From: Nitrospirales bacterium
GTDB lineage: Bacteria > Nitrospirota > Nitrospiria > Nitrospirales > UBA8639
Direction: 5' to 3'
Length of the DNA stretch: 64,000 nucleotides
NCBI GenBank assembly: GCA_965203295.1
Contig: CBDBCZ010000013.1
Location: 288,001-352,000 of the forward strand
The position numbers and the translations under genes are program-made. This document shows positions 44,053 to 56,249 of the stretch, piece after piece. How positions within the stretch are numbered: position 1 is the first letter of the stretch; each line of letters opens with the position of its first letter. The notes beneath the pieces are model-generated. The model was not told where the DNA came from, made no database searches, and worked only from the letters and a program-made list of their open reading frames with translations.

Positions 44053-46122
44053 GGCCGGTGTCATAAAATTTTGGGATCCCCAGTCTGTTTATATAATAGA
44101 CTGAGTAAGGAAAGCCACACCAATGGTGTCATTCAGCAGGTTTCTTAGCAATAAAGCTGATGTGAAGCCAGAGGTATTTTTCCATATTGCTGAGTCTACT
44201 TGAGAGGGTGGAGGCGTGTTCTAACTGGCTTGCAATTGCACACCCAAAAGGCTTCAGCATGCATTGCAATAATGGATTATAATATTATGAAGGGCCAAGA
44301 ACCTCTGAGTGGGTCAACCCAACATTATGCATTCTGAGCACGACCAAAAATGGTAAAATCTGAAAATTTAGGTATAGCTTCTGAAACACAGTAAGAATGT
44401 TCTCAAAGTTAAAATCAATTTTGTGGGTTAGACCACTCTGGTTCTTGGCACTTCATTTGTGTATTGTTTAGTTACTTTAATTAAATTGCATTGTATCTGT
44501 TTTGTTTACTTTGTATATGTATGCACACACTACATTTGTGACTGCATTTTTATTGCACATGGCATGATCTTAATAGAAACTTACAATACTTTAATAATAT
44601 TATTATAAGCGTGACATAGCTGTATGTCGATCTATGTACTGTTTAGTTACTTTAATTTGCATTGTATCTGTTTTGCTTACTTTGTATATGCATGCACCCA
44701 CTACAGTTATGACTGCATTTTTATTGCACATGGCATGATCTTAGAAACTTACAATACTTTAATAATATTGTTATAAGCGTGACATAGCTATATGTCTACG
44801 TAAAATCTGGCCCATTATTACTGGTACAATGGGCAGAGGGGTCCCCATTCTACCGGTAATTTAGGGACCCCGGGTCCCCATACTACCGGTAGAATAGGGA
44901 CCCCTAAGGGTCCCTATTTTCACGAAGGGGTCCCTATTATACCGGTAAATTGGGGACCCGGGGTCCCTAAACTACCTAAACTGCACTTCGCTCCACCATT
45001 CACAAGCACAATTGAGCAGAGCAATTCCTCACAACACCACACTGCCACCTACACACACAACTAACACAACCCACATCAACCACCATACAACGCACTCAAC
45101 AACGTTTCTACACTTTAACAAACACACCCACATTGACCTCTCCTACAAAGAACCTGCACACACAAGCATCTCACAACACACTCACAAACTTCATAACACT
45201 CCACCTGGCATAACCAAACACCCCCCAAGTCCCTATACAAACACCATATTATATGACTCCATCCTCAATGACTCACTAGTCCACATTCTACAGTTTCAGC
45301 TACCTTCCACAACCGCCGCATGCTCAGTCATTAGCATTGAGCAATACACACACACCAAATTACACTACCACTATTCACATCTCACATATACATTGTTGTG
45401 GTGGGTGTGGTTGGAAAGATGTAGGGATGGTAGCTACGCGGTAAATGCATTGCACTGTGATGTGTGGGTAGTCTGTGCATGCATTGTGGTGTGCACTGTT
45501 GCTTGTTTAATTGGTTTTTGGGGAAGTGTTTTTTGGTGGAAGTGCATCCCTACATAACTTGTTTTTGCACTTTTTGGCAAAGTGCTTTTTCTGTAACTTT
45601 ATAAGTAAAGGTCTACATACATGCAGTTACTACGAAACCAAGTGACTGGCATTCATGTTTTCTTTAGTCCCATACATTTAAAATGAAACCAAGTTCCACA
45701 CTTGTCACACGCAATCATTTTTGAATCGTATGATTGCTTCTTCTTGGAATTCTACCTCGGATTCTATCTCTCTTGCCGCCATTCTCGGTTACAACTCGAG
45801 ATAAAAACAAGGAAAATGTGGGTTCGCTTTTATACCTACCCATGATCGCTCACTACCTGTCAAAGTGCAGCCCGCTCTCATCAATAGCCGTCAGCGGTAC
45901 AGGGGTCCCCAAGTCGCTGACGGGATCCCTGTACCGCTAGCGAAATAGGGCCTGTGGGGGTCCTCACATCGCTAGCGTTTTTGGGACGGGGTCCCCATAT
46001 CGCGGGGGTCCCCAAATCGCGCTTACACCGGTAGAATGGGGACGGGGTCCCCATTCTACCGGTAGTTTAGGGACCCCGGGTCCCCAATTTAGGGGGTCCC
46101 CAAAATACCTTGACACCGGCCC
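44053..46122. mobile_element. Nested element with GGGCCGGTGTCA TIR and GGGGTCCC/GGGACCCC subterminal repeats
   Basis: ccggtgtca..ttttgggatcccc versus ggggtccccaaaata..tgacaccgg; repeat blocks at 44820-44970 and 45890-46120. Confidence 0.6.
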
Positions 46123-46455
46123 ACTCATCCGGGCGTGGGCCACCAAAAGATGCTGAGGCTTGCTACTATTCTAGAATTATTCTTTATGCAAATGTTTTGC
46201 TATTATTCTAAAAATTATTCCAGCATAATTATCTCAAGCCTAACAGTGGTGCACTGGCTGCCAGTGCTTATGCTCTGTTATGTAAGAATACTCTACTGTT
46301 TACTTTGCGCCAAGCCCAATGTTCTGCCCAGTGCAACTTGGCTTCGAATTCTGTGCTGACCCATTTGTTTCTGCATAATTCACATGTTGTGGTGTTGTCG
46401 AAACATAATAATGGATGCCAGTCATAACTTGTGTCGATAAACAGCGCTAGCTATA

Positions 46456-46884
46456 AAGGGGGCATCTCCAAATGGAAATTGTACGCTTAGAGTCATAGGG
46501 GGTTTGAGCTAGCCTCGAACCCAGCCTTCCCAGCTAGGTTTGAGCCGTGACGTTAAAAATTGCAGTCGCGTGAGCGTGCAAGTTCTGTGACAGCATAGAC
46601 ATGCTGTAGTCTCGATACCAGCCCTAATCAGGTCGGCGATCGCTTGCAGTATCCCGCTGGTATCGAGACTAGGCATGCTGCGTGCAAACAACGTTTGGAG
46701 AAGCAGTGCCTTCCAACAAGTATTTCGCTACATGTACAAGTTTTGTATACACATTGATTAAATAGTCTGTCTGTGTTCACTCTGCAGAGAAATAAAATCC
46801 ATAGTAAGTGTGACGCTGGGGGGGGGGTATTTTTTAATGTTACTATGAAGCTAAGCTACAATTTTCATTTGGAGATGCCCCCTT
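46456..46884. mobile_element. MITE with about 28-bp TIR (AAGGGGGCATCTCCAAATG), containing a nested TAGTCTCG hairpin at 46607-46671
   Basis: Inverted termini visible; the nested element has flanks GACATGCTG/GGCATGCTG. Confidence 0.7.
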
Positions 46885-47629
46885 GATATAAAAGCTATAG
46901 TTTGTCTTGTGATCCAGCCCACAATTCACAATAAGGGAGCTTGTACTCAAGTTGGAGCACGAGACTATGTACATTTAGTCTATCGAGCTAGACTAATGTA
47001 CCTTCAGCCAGGCAATGAGCCAAAGTATGTGTCAATGTCTGGATAAAGTCTAGGCAACTACAATGATCATATTTGACAGTGGACATCACCTCATACCCTC
47101 TCCCACATTTTAGAACATCATGTTTTTGATAGGAATGTTCAACCTTGGCAGGTGTCCACCTACATGTAGCTATGTTCAGATAAATGCCTCTATATATCAC
47201 AATTTGATGCGAGTCTTGTGCACTTTTTGAAAGCGCAAACCTTCGTTGCATTTGACTCTGCCATGGAGGGCTGAGAAATTAAAGTCACAAGTTTTATCCA
47301 TGGCAAGTCCTATAAATCCTCTCCTCTCCCGGCTATTTTTTAAACATGAAATGTCAAGACTTGTTTTATATAATAGCGTGGTAAAATTCTGTATCTTCAC
47401 CCTAGTACTACTGTACGTATATCACATGTATACTTGTACATGTGTCCTCACAGAAACTGTATATAAAGAAACCCTACTACACAATCATGCATATATTTTA
47501 CCCAAGGTATGCATGTAATATACATATGTACATGTACTCAAACACACGCTTGCATGCATGGACAACCCCCACGCACACGCACACACACACACACACACGT
47601 GCACGCACACACACATGCACACCAGACAG

Positions 47630-47743
47630 CTGTTTGGTGCCCTCTTGTCTTGTGACTCTTGAGCTGAAGGTCTACAACTGGTCCGGCAGCAACCACTACA
47701 TCGTCAAGGGCAACAGCAACAGTATTGGCATCGGCAGCGGAGA
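47630..47743 (+). pseudogene. Duplicated, internally deleted copy of OXR1-like exon 13
   Basis: Matches 34439-34617 at both ends including splice sites but is 114 nt instead of 179 (frameshift); flanking intron also homologous (about 47400-47830 vs 34190-34720). Confidence 0.88.
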
Positions 47744-48198
47744 GTGAGTTGTCATGCAGTCAGAGAGCTCCCGTTTGATGTGTACATGTCATTTGAATGA
47801 TATATAGGTTAGACGCTAAGTCCAGGGGATTTACGCAATTAGAAACTGGAATATGAGGTGACCCTTCAATGATTATTGTCTGTAAGGAAGCCAAACTTTA
47901 AAACATCCTTAACGCTATTGTAGCGTAAAAGTACAGTGGATAAAGTTGCAGATACCCATGCATGCAGCCCTTCATATATAGCCCACTCAGGTCCGGAGGC
48001 AATCAAATGTTATAGTATTATCACTATAGTAAACAGTTAAAAAACAATGTTACAAACTTGACTTTCTACATGGGTTAGCTACTCGACCCATCACTAAGCG
48101 AAAACTTTCATACAAAACTAATCACCTAAAAGCCTATTAAGTCCTAGCTAGCTACTAGAGTTATAGTTTCAGCAAGTTTATGCAGGTATTTGCTTCAG

Positions 48199-50407
48199 TT
48201 ACAGCAGCAACACCGCCAGAACCATTATGACTAAACCGATAAACGGGATTTTAGCAGCCATGAGGGCTTTTCCAGAACCAGAAAGAGGTCCTTCAGTGCA
48301 GAGTCCAGTCACTTCAACATCGCAAGATTCCCAAAGAGTGAAGTTATATAATGCGACATCTATATTGAACTGACTCCCCACCTCGGTTAAATTCGCACAG
48401 CAGCCACCAGTATCTCGCAAATCTTGCAGTGCATTTTGGCAAGCGGTGGAACAAGGCGTGGAAGGAGGCAAGCAAACGTTCTCTGCAGCAGTTGCGTCGG
48501 CAGCTACAGCTCCAAGTATCGTTCCACATGTTATCCCATTTTCATTGACTCTGCAGGAGTAAACTAAAGTAGCAGCTTCGTCGGCCATGCCGCAAGTAAA
48601 GAATAGGTCCACCAGTGGTTGGCCACATCTCCGATTGCAAAAGCTGTCAAATGCAAGGTCACTAAAGTCGATGTTTTCTCCGCAGTCTTGAGGGTAGTCA
48701 CCAATAAACCTCATAAAGTCTTCTACACTGCAACTATGGAGGTAGATATGGTAAGCAAGTGATTACAATGCACTTGCACCAGACAGGGTCAGTCAAATTA
48801 ATGACAACTATATCAGATAAAAAAACGTAGTTTAGCACTACTCAAGTATAAAGATTAAGGAGGGCATACCAGTAGGTGCTGTTGTGTGTATACGTGCGAA
48901 AAGGCAAAGTGGGAGGCGTGTATTGTGTATATTTTGCCTAATAATGCAATGCGTATATATGCACTGTTCAGTGCACATACCGTATAGCGCTTAAGGTTAC
49001 GGGATACTGGCCCGCTTTGATTTAATAAGTAGTGAGTGAACAATGAATATCTTTGCAACTATAGGCCCTATAGCCACGATCTTTTCAGCATTTATTCATG
49101 GCTACTAGTTGTGTACTCAGTACAGAAAACTTGTCTGTGAGCCCCTCCCTTGTTTAGATAGCGGTAATGGAAGTTCCAGCTGTTCGCAATAATTTTTCTC
49201 GCCAAAAATCGCTGAAGCCACTGCTGTTACAAGGCCATTACAGCTCTCTAAGGATTCCTTACTATATTTATGAGGGACTGACGAAGGCTTTTTGAAGCAA
49301 TTATCTATATCAACAGAATGGCAAGTCAATAGGTATGGCTCTGAGCACTCTGGACCCCACTTTCTTAGGTTTAAGAGGCTATATCTCCTGTATCAGAGAG
49401 AAACTACAAAAAACGCCTCCGTCAGTCCCTCCTGAATATAGTGAGGAATCCTTAGAGAACTGTAATGGCCTAGCAACAGCAGTGGCTTCAGCGATTTTTG
49501 GCGAGAAAAATTATTGTGAGCAGCTGGAACTTCCATTACCGCTATCTAAACAAGGGAGGGGCTCACAGACAAGTTTTCTGTACTGAGTACACAACTAGTA
49601 CCCATGAATAAATACTGAAAAGATCGTGGCTATAGGGCCTATAGTTGCAAAGATATTCATTGTTCACTCACTACTTATTAAATCAAAGCGGGCCAGTATC
49701 CCGTAACCTTAAATTTCGCGGGTCTTTAATTTTATGAATTTCGCGAATTTGGAACAATTCACAAAATTATTTCAACGAAAGTTTTTTCACTTCCGCATAG
49801 ATAGTTTGAGTGCATAGACTTATACTTGAGGCCTGAATGGGGAGCTCCCTCCATGCATGGGCTAAGTCAGCCACACTACTAACTGCCATTGGCAGATGCA
49901 AAATGTTCCATACAAGCACAACTCAAAATTACCCTATATGTAAATGAAACAGAGAACAAATATATTTTATTCTCATGCACTCAGTGATTCATCTATGGTT
50001 TTTTGATGAAAAAATTGACATCAGCCATGCAGTTTGGTAACTAATATGCACGCACGGACGCAATCATAACATAGATATCGCAGCTACATTTAACATACAG
50101 AGCGAGCGAGCGCAGCGAGTGAGTTCAACAAGCACAAGTACTTGTATAGTTTATAAATTATTATAGTATTCTATTTTATAGTATACATGAATGTGGGCTA
50201 TTCCATCAATGTTTATACTCACGTTCCAAATTGTCGAGCAGGTCTAACGAGTGACCTTTTGGCGTTGTTGTTAGTAGCTTGAGCGATGACAGATAGCATT
50301 TCACCAGTACGGGCAAGCTGGACCAGGGCCTGCTGTTTGCCACATGCCGTCTGTAGAGCTGCATGAATTAGGATCACGGCTAGGGTAGCAGGGATCAGAA
50401 ATTTCAT
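48199..50407 (-). CDS. Secreted, probably GPI-anchored Cys-rich protein, paralog 2 (239 aa): join(complement(50223-50407),complement(48199-48733))
   Basis: Same exon structure, splice phase and 14 cysteines as paralog 1; frame intact. Confidence 0.85.
48995..49708. mobile_element. 714-bp foldback element, about 300-bp TIRs, TTAA TSD, GG...CC termini (Kolobok-like)
   Basis: Arms are near-perfect reverse complements; TTAA at 48991-48994 and 49709-49712. Confidence 0.85.
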
Positions 50408-51952
50408 CTTTCACAGTTGGCCAGACAACAGCTGCAGGGGATTAAAAAACACTGCATGAAAAAATCAGAATCAGCATGCGTACGATTTATAATAATTGAG
50501 AAGACGATCACTACAAGTCGTAGCCAGATTTTGTTTTTTATTTACGAGGAAAAGCGAAGCTGCCTATTCTCGCGTGCATGCGCAGCCTGGATAATAGAAA
50601 TCCGCACATATATTACAGTTATTTATACTGTGTGTCGGTGGAGCTAATGATAGACTTATACAGTAACTGCAAATCTCCAGCACCGGTCAGGCAGCTATAG
50701 TCTCGTGTTGATGTGGAGCGAGTAGCGTTTTAGCGTGCATTTTTATAACCAAGAGAAGTGAGGCTACGGTCCCATTGACCTTTAAATTTTTCGTTTATTT
50801 AACTAAGGCTACATACGCGCCTATTGATCATGAAGTACCAGTACTAGCTCCTACATGTAGCCCGGCGTTGCAAATTCGAACCATGCACTTCGTCTTAGTA
50901 AGGTAAGGTTTCGACGACGAGGTACTTCCGATAGTTGCGCGGGGTAATTCCGACAGTTGCGCGAGGTAATTCCGACAGTTGCGCTTATATCTCCAGCGTA
51001 CTGTTGAGTTAGCCGATAATATTATTATTAATTTAGTATAAATCAATAGTCTAAGACAGCCACCTAGTATTAGAAGTAGTAACGTAGTAATTAATCTATG
51101 GCCTAGCCCTAGAAATACGTACTGCGCGACGCTTTCGGAACAACATGCGCTGGTAGTGGAAATTGGCTCCTAGCCTATATTATATCGCTAACTTGCACAC
51201 TTGACGAAGCACCATGCAGGTAAATTGCAGACTTCAAGGCATGCATGCATGCGGGAAGACATGTTGCGGAATAGATGCCAGTATTCACATTAACACGGGA
51301 GTATAAATATTATTTCATTGTTTATTTGACATGCAAAAAATGAGTATGTAATACATCTCGCGGACTAAAATTATTTATCTGCTTTTATACTGATTACTGG
51401 CAACATTGTCGAATTTTAATTTTATACCTTTAATTGCTCTTCTGAATCCACCTCACTCAAGACTGCGACTAGTACTTTCAATAAATGTTCTCTGCACCAG
51501 TAGCTTAGCACTCAGAGCCGAGACAGTACGCACTAGTAATGAAGGCAGATCCGGAGTTTATATACTATCTGGCCACACTGTAAAAATTCCCCAAACGACC
51601 GTAGGCGCGAAACCGCAGTGGGGGTATGTATGTCGGATTAATCTCGCGGGCCAGACTAGTCGAGCCTGCGAGACCAGTTAGCATGGCGCCAGTGTACCGG
51701 TCATAAAATACCCGTAGGCTTTCATTGTAAAAGTGCTTTCGGTTTGACATATGCCATAGACAATATAAAAGCCGTATAACGGACAGTAAATTAGGACTCG
51801 GGGTGCCACGTGGTTGGTCCGTGTTTTCGCGGTGGCGTAGTTGATTGGGAGTGAAATGTCCGAGTACTGTCCTTTAATAGGTAAGACTGTGTCCGTCTTA
51901 TTAAGGTGGATATACTCAGGCCAGGCCGCCAGTTTAAGGATGTCCCATTTTT

Positions 51953-52397
51953 ACCAGCCGGAGCGCGCGCAGCGCGCGAACGGCTGGTACTAAGATTGCT
52001 TTACGTTTTCCGCGTCTGTTTGTTTGTTTGTTTGTCTGTCCGCTTGTGCGTCCGCACTTATCACGTGCGCATTATATTACGTCATACGTTACTATGCAGC
52101 TGCAGTGTACAGCAGCTATTGGACGTTTGCGGGCCAAGCTACAGCAAATGAAGGTAGTTTTGTGTTGCCTAGATGGCGAAAACGTGGTAGGTAGCCGTAA
52201 AGATCCTGGTTTCTTGGCATATTGCTACTAACTGGAGGCGCATGGCGAATCTGCTGAGTCAGCACTTTCGCTGTACCGCTCTAAGAATGTAGTATCTCCG
52301 GCTCTACAGCTGTAGTTTAATAGCTTGGCCTAAGCTGAGTTGTGTGTATTGTACGGGAAAGGCGCCAGGCTGTTTTTTTAGACGATGTCAGACTTGA
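51953..52397 (+). mobile_element. Helentron/DINE-1-like element, copy 4
   Basis: Same sequence family; T-runs on both sides. Confidence 0.8.
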
Positions 52398-52692
52398 TTT
52401 AACATAGTAGTCTTTGGATCAAACAATGACACAATTGTTGATGTCATTGATATGATCATGAAGCATGAAGGTGTAGTCTATTTTATATATACGTATCCTG
52501 TTACTATGGCAACGTCTCCTCCCGCTGTGAACATGGCAGGAACAGTGCATGTCCATAACTACCTCTCGTAAGAGGCGAAAAGTAGAGAGATGTTTAGTGA
52601 ACTTCATATTTGTGTCAGGTAATTTATTTTAGACATCTGACCCCTCTGCTTCATGCTAGCTACAGCCCTGGTAGTCCCTCTACTGATACATG

Positions 52693-52874
52693 CCTTAAGG
52701 TGACTATTATTTGAGGGTACAAATTTTAGCGCAAAATAGCGATTTTGAAAAATTCACTCAATTTTGTACCCATAAAAATCATTGCTTGCATGTGAGCAAG
52801 CTATGCGCACTGTGGTTAAATATGCACTTGTACAAACCACGTAGTTGTCACCTCCAATAATAGTCACCTTAAGG
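52693..52874. mobile_element. MITE with CCTTAAGGTGACTATTATT TIR
   Basis: TIR pair; homologous flank at 63031-63100 lacks it (empty site). Confidence 0.78.
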
Positions 52875-55800
52875 TATATGTAAATAGTTATATCCCTGCA
52901 AAATGGTGTGCATCAGCCATACATGCCTGAGGCTGAGCCGAGGGCATGTATGGGCTGATACACACCTTTTGCAGGGATATAACCATAGCAATATTTTATG
53001 ACAGCTAAGCCACATCACACCATACTTTTACCTTGCACACATTGCATTGGCTTCTGCAATGCAATTATGCCTGTACTATCACAATCATCATGGTGTGTGT
53101 GTGTGTATCAGGAATATTACACAGCTATTACCATAGTAACAGGATATATACTCTAACTATGGTGTGTGGGCATTTAAACCCGCACAGCCACAGAGTCTAG
53201 CCACAGAGTCTAGCCATCCAAAAGCCCTATAGTGCTAATTAGTATACCATATGTGGCCAGGGTATATCCCTGCAACACCCTCACAATTGCTGAGGGTTAA
53301 GCAATTTGTAGCTCAGGGTAATCAATTTTAAGCTCAGTAGCATTGAAATGGCTTCCTAGGACAGCCATATTATGGTGGCAGGTGCATTAATTCCATTCTG
53401 CTCATTTCAAATACTGAGGAAGGCTGGTTGCTGAGCGTGGTGAGGGAATTTAGGCAAGCGTTATGGTGTTTCCTGGCTGAGGTATTTGTAGGTAGGCCTG
53501 CAGTTAGTGAGAAAGCGATGTAGGTAATATAGCAAGCTAATGCTGTTTAATACTTGCCGGAAGCCAACCAGGTAGCCAGCCACTGAGTCTTGGCGGGATA
53601 AGCAGACACGTGGGCCAGAGTGCACATGCACAATGTGACATCATACTTGTACACGGGTCATCATGCAGGGGCCACCCCCCATATTAACCTTGCTTAATGT
53701 ACCATTAAACACCACCTAACTGCTAGTTTTGTTGCGTTCTGTGCGTGTGTCACTCTCAGTGTACTACTGTTCGTGTCGTAATAGTACTAGGCTTTGGCTA
53801 GACTGGTAACTTGAGGTTTTTTTCACCGCTTTAAGCTAGTAGTAGTTTTCTAAGTCTGCCTCGTATCGTAGCTACCAGTTTTGCCGCATTCACCATGCTT
53901 TGCACAAAGGGTCCTAATGTAAACTGGAGGGCTTGTTTTTTTTGCATACTTTTTAGTGGTTGTAGTCACTTGTGAAAATGAAAGCACAAAAGTGCATAAT
54001 CCTTGGCATGATTTATAGTAAATAATTATGCTACACTTTCAATTTGGTGTCTAGAATGAGTAAATCAAGAATTCAATAGTCGTTCATTTGTATTGCATTG
54101 GTTTCTAAGTTTTTCATTGTGGTAAGCAAATAACACTGTAACTTTTGAATACAAAATCCAGGAATCAAAAACCTTCACTAGCGCATTTGCTTTCAATTCG
54201 TGTCTTACTTTGTACCCGTACATTAATGGCATAGCTGTTTACGAGGTAACAGGTACACACACACAAACTGGTACTGTAACCCTCGCTGCACATGCGCACA
54301 CCGACGGTTTTTAAAACTTAAAAATCAATTTTCCTAATACTAATTGCAGCCATGAAAATCAAAAACACCTGTAACCACATCCTGGGGAATGTGAGTATTG
54401 CCTGCTGACTCAGCAGGCACTGCTGCAGTGGTAGCAGTGTGGGTGCCTCTGATAGAATGGCAGTTATTATGGTACCATCACCTGTATCATGGGTCTGTAG
54501 GGTGTGTGGGTTTGTATCCTCATGCAGTTACAGCCTTAAGCAAATCGCTAAATGGTGTGTACTGTGACTTCTTATGTGCCATAGGCCTTGATAGCTACAC
54601 CTGTCCATAGACATCCATAGCCAGAATTTCCATTTTTGTACATGTATTCAATGTAGTAAATAAAGTGGCATTATCAGCATATGTGAATAGGCTGAAAACA
54701 ACAGCGAAAGTACTGCTCCAAACACATTAAGTGAAGATGAATGGCCGAGAACCGGAGTGGACGTCGGCCGAACCCGCAAAATTGACTTTACCCTCTCAAA
54801 CTTTAAGTGTGTTTCGGGAGCTACTTAAATTTTGAGATTTGAACATTAAATTATGGCACCATCACCTGTATCATGGGTCTGTAGGGTGTGTGGGTTTATA
54901 TTCTCATGCAGTTTGGCATGAGCAACCAGTGATGGCAGTCACAGCTGAAAAAGCCGAATGGTGTGTACTGTGGATTCCTATACGGATACAAAAATTACAG
55001 TTAGCTTCCTACCTGCATATATCTAAGTCATCAAGCATGCAATGCCATGTACTCTTACACAGTATCAGATCTGATTTATCTGTGGTCGGTAATGTTGACT
55101 ACCTCATTTCCTCACTCTCCTCCGGTATTGTGCAAGCTTACAACTCCGTAGTGAGATCGTGGACCTGACATGACCACAATGGAGTATAGTGTGTGAGAAA
55201 GCAAGTTTGTTTTAGTGTTTAAACAAACAGGCGAGACTTGCCTCGGAAGATTTTGTGACTTCAGTTTCTGCCCCCCCAATTACAGCCTCAAGCAAATTGC
55301 TAAATGGCGTGTACTGTGACTTCTTATGTGCCATATAGGCCTTGATAGCCACACCTGTCCGTAGACATCCACAGCCAGAATTTTCATGGGATTTTCTTTG
55401 AATGGTTTTTTGGTTCCCTTTTTTATCTTTTTTTTTAAAAAACAAAAATCTTTTTAAAAAAACTTTGAAAAAACAACTTTTAAACTCTTTTCGGAAATTT
55501 TTAATTTTCTGCGATCACGGGCTGGGTGGTCTCTGTTTCTTTCCGGGTCCCGGGTTCTCTTGGTTACGGTCAGAGCTTTTTCTATTCTTTCTATTCTTCT
55601 TTTTATTTTTCTATATCATGATTTCTATTTTTCCACTTTCTATTTTTCCGTGTGGATGTGCTTAATTAGATAGGTCATGTGCTTAACTAGATCGTAGTGT
55701 AAGGAGTTGCAGTAGTGTAGATATATATAGTTCTGTAGGTGAGGATAGATAAAAGGGCTGTTTTTGTTTTTTTAGGCCTAGAGCTAGTGAATGCAGTAAT

Positions 55801-56148
55801 AATGATTAGGATACCTTTACGTTTTCATGTACCCAATGTAGTAAATAAAGTGGCATTATCAGCATAATGAATAGGCTAAAAACAACAGTGAAGGTACTGC
55901 TCCAAACACATTAAGTGAAGATGAAGATGAAGGGCCAGAACCAGAGTGGACAAACCCACTAAATAGACTTTACCCCTCCCAAACTTGAAAAGGTGATTTA
56001 GGAGCTACTTAAATTTTGAGATTTTACCATTGGTGGTCTTCTACTTGTAAGGTGTGCTGTTGGGTTGGCCCGCTCCGACCCTTCATATTGTAGAGTCACG
56101 CTGCACTTGCCACTAATCAAGCCTGAAGCCCTTTGCAAACCAGTCCTT

Positions 56149-56249
56149 TAGCCTCGAACCCAGCCGTCCCAGCTTTTTTTCGCTTGCAGGAAGAAGCGCT
56201 TTTTCTTCCTGCAAGCGAAAAAAAGCTGGGACGGCTGGGTTCGAGGCTA
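56149..56249. mobile_element. 101-bp near-perfect hairpin mini-MITE (TAGCCTCG), 9-bp TSD CCAGTCCTT
   Basis: Perfect TSD; absent from the paralogous sites near 58540 and 61533. Confidence 0.92.

Larger units (their letters stand above)
43324..46242. mobile_element. hAT-type element (TAGGCTTGAGATAATTATGCT TIR, 8-bp TSD ACAGTGGT) with nested insertions
   Basis: Perfect TIR and TSD at 43316-43323 and 46243-46250; no transposase ORF. Confidence 0.88.

Noticed and set aside
45012..45557. 181-aa His/Thr-rich ORF
   Set aside because: Low-complexity CA-rich DNA inside nested elements; non-ATG start.
49117..49586. Two near-identical ORFs on opposite strands
   Set aside because: A consequence of the foldback arms; no homology evidence.
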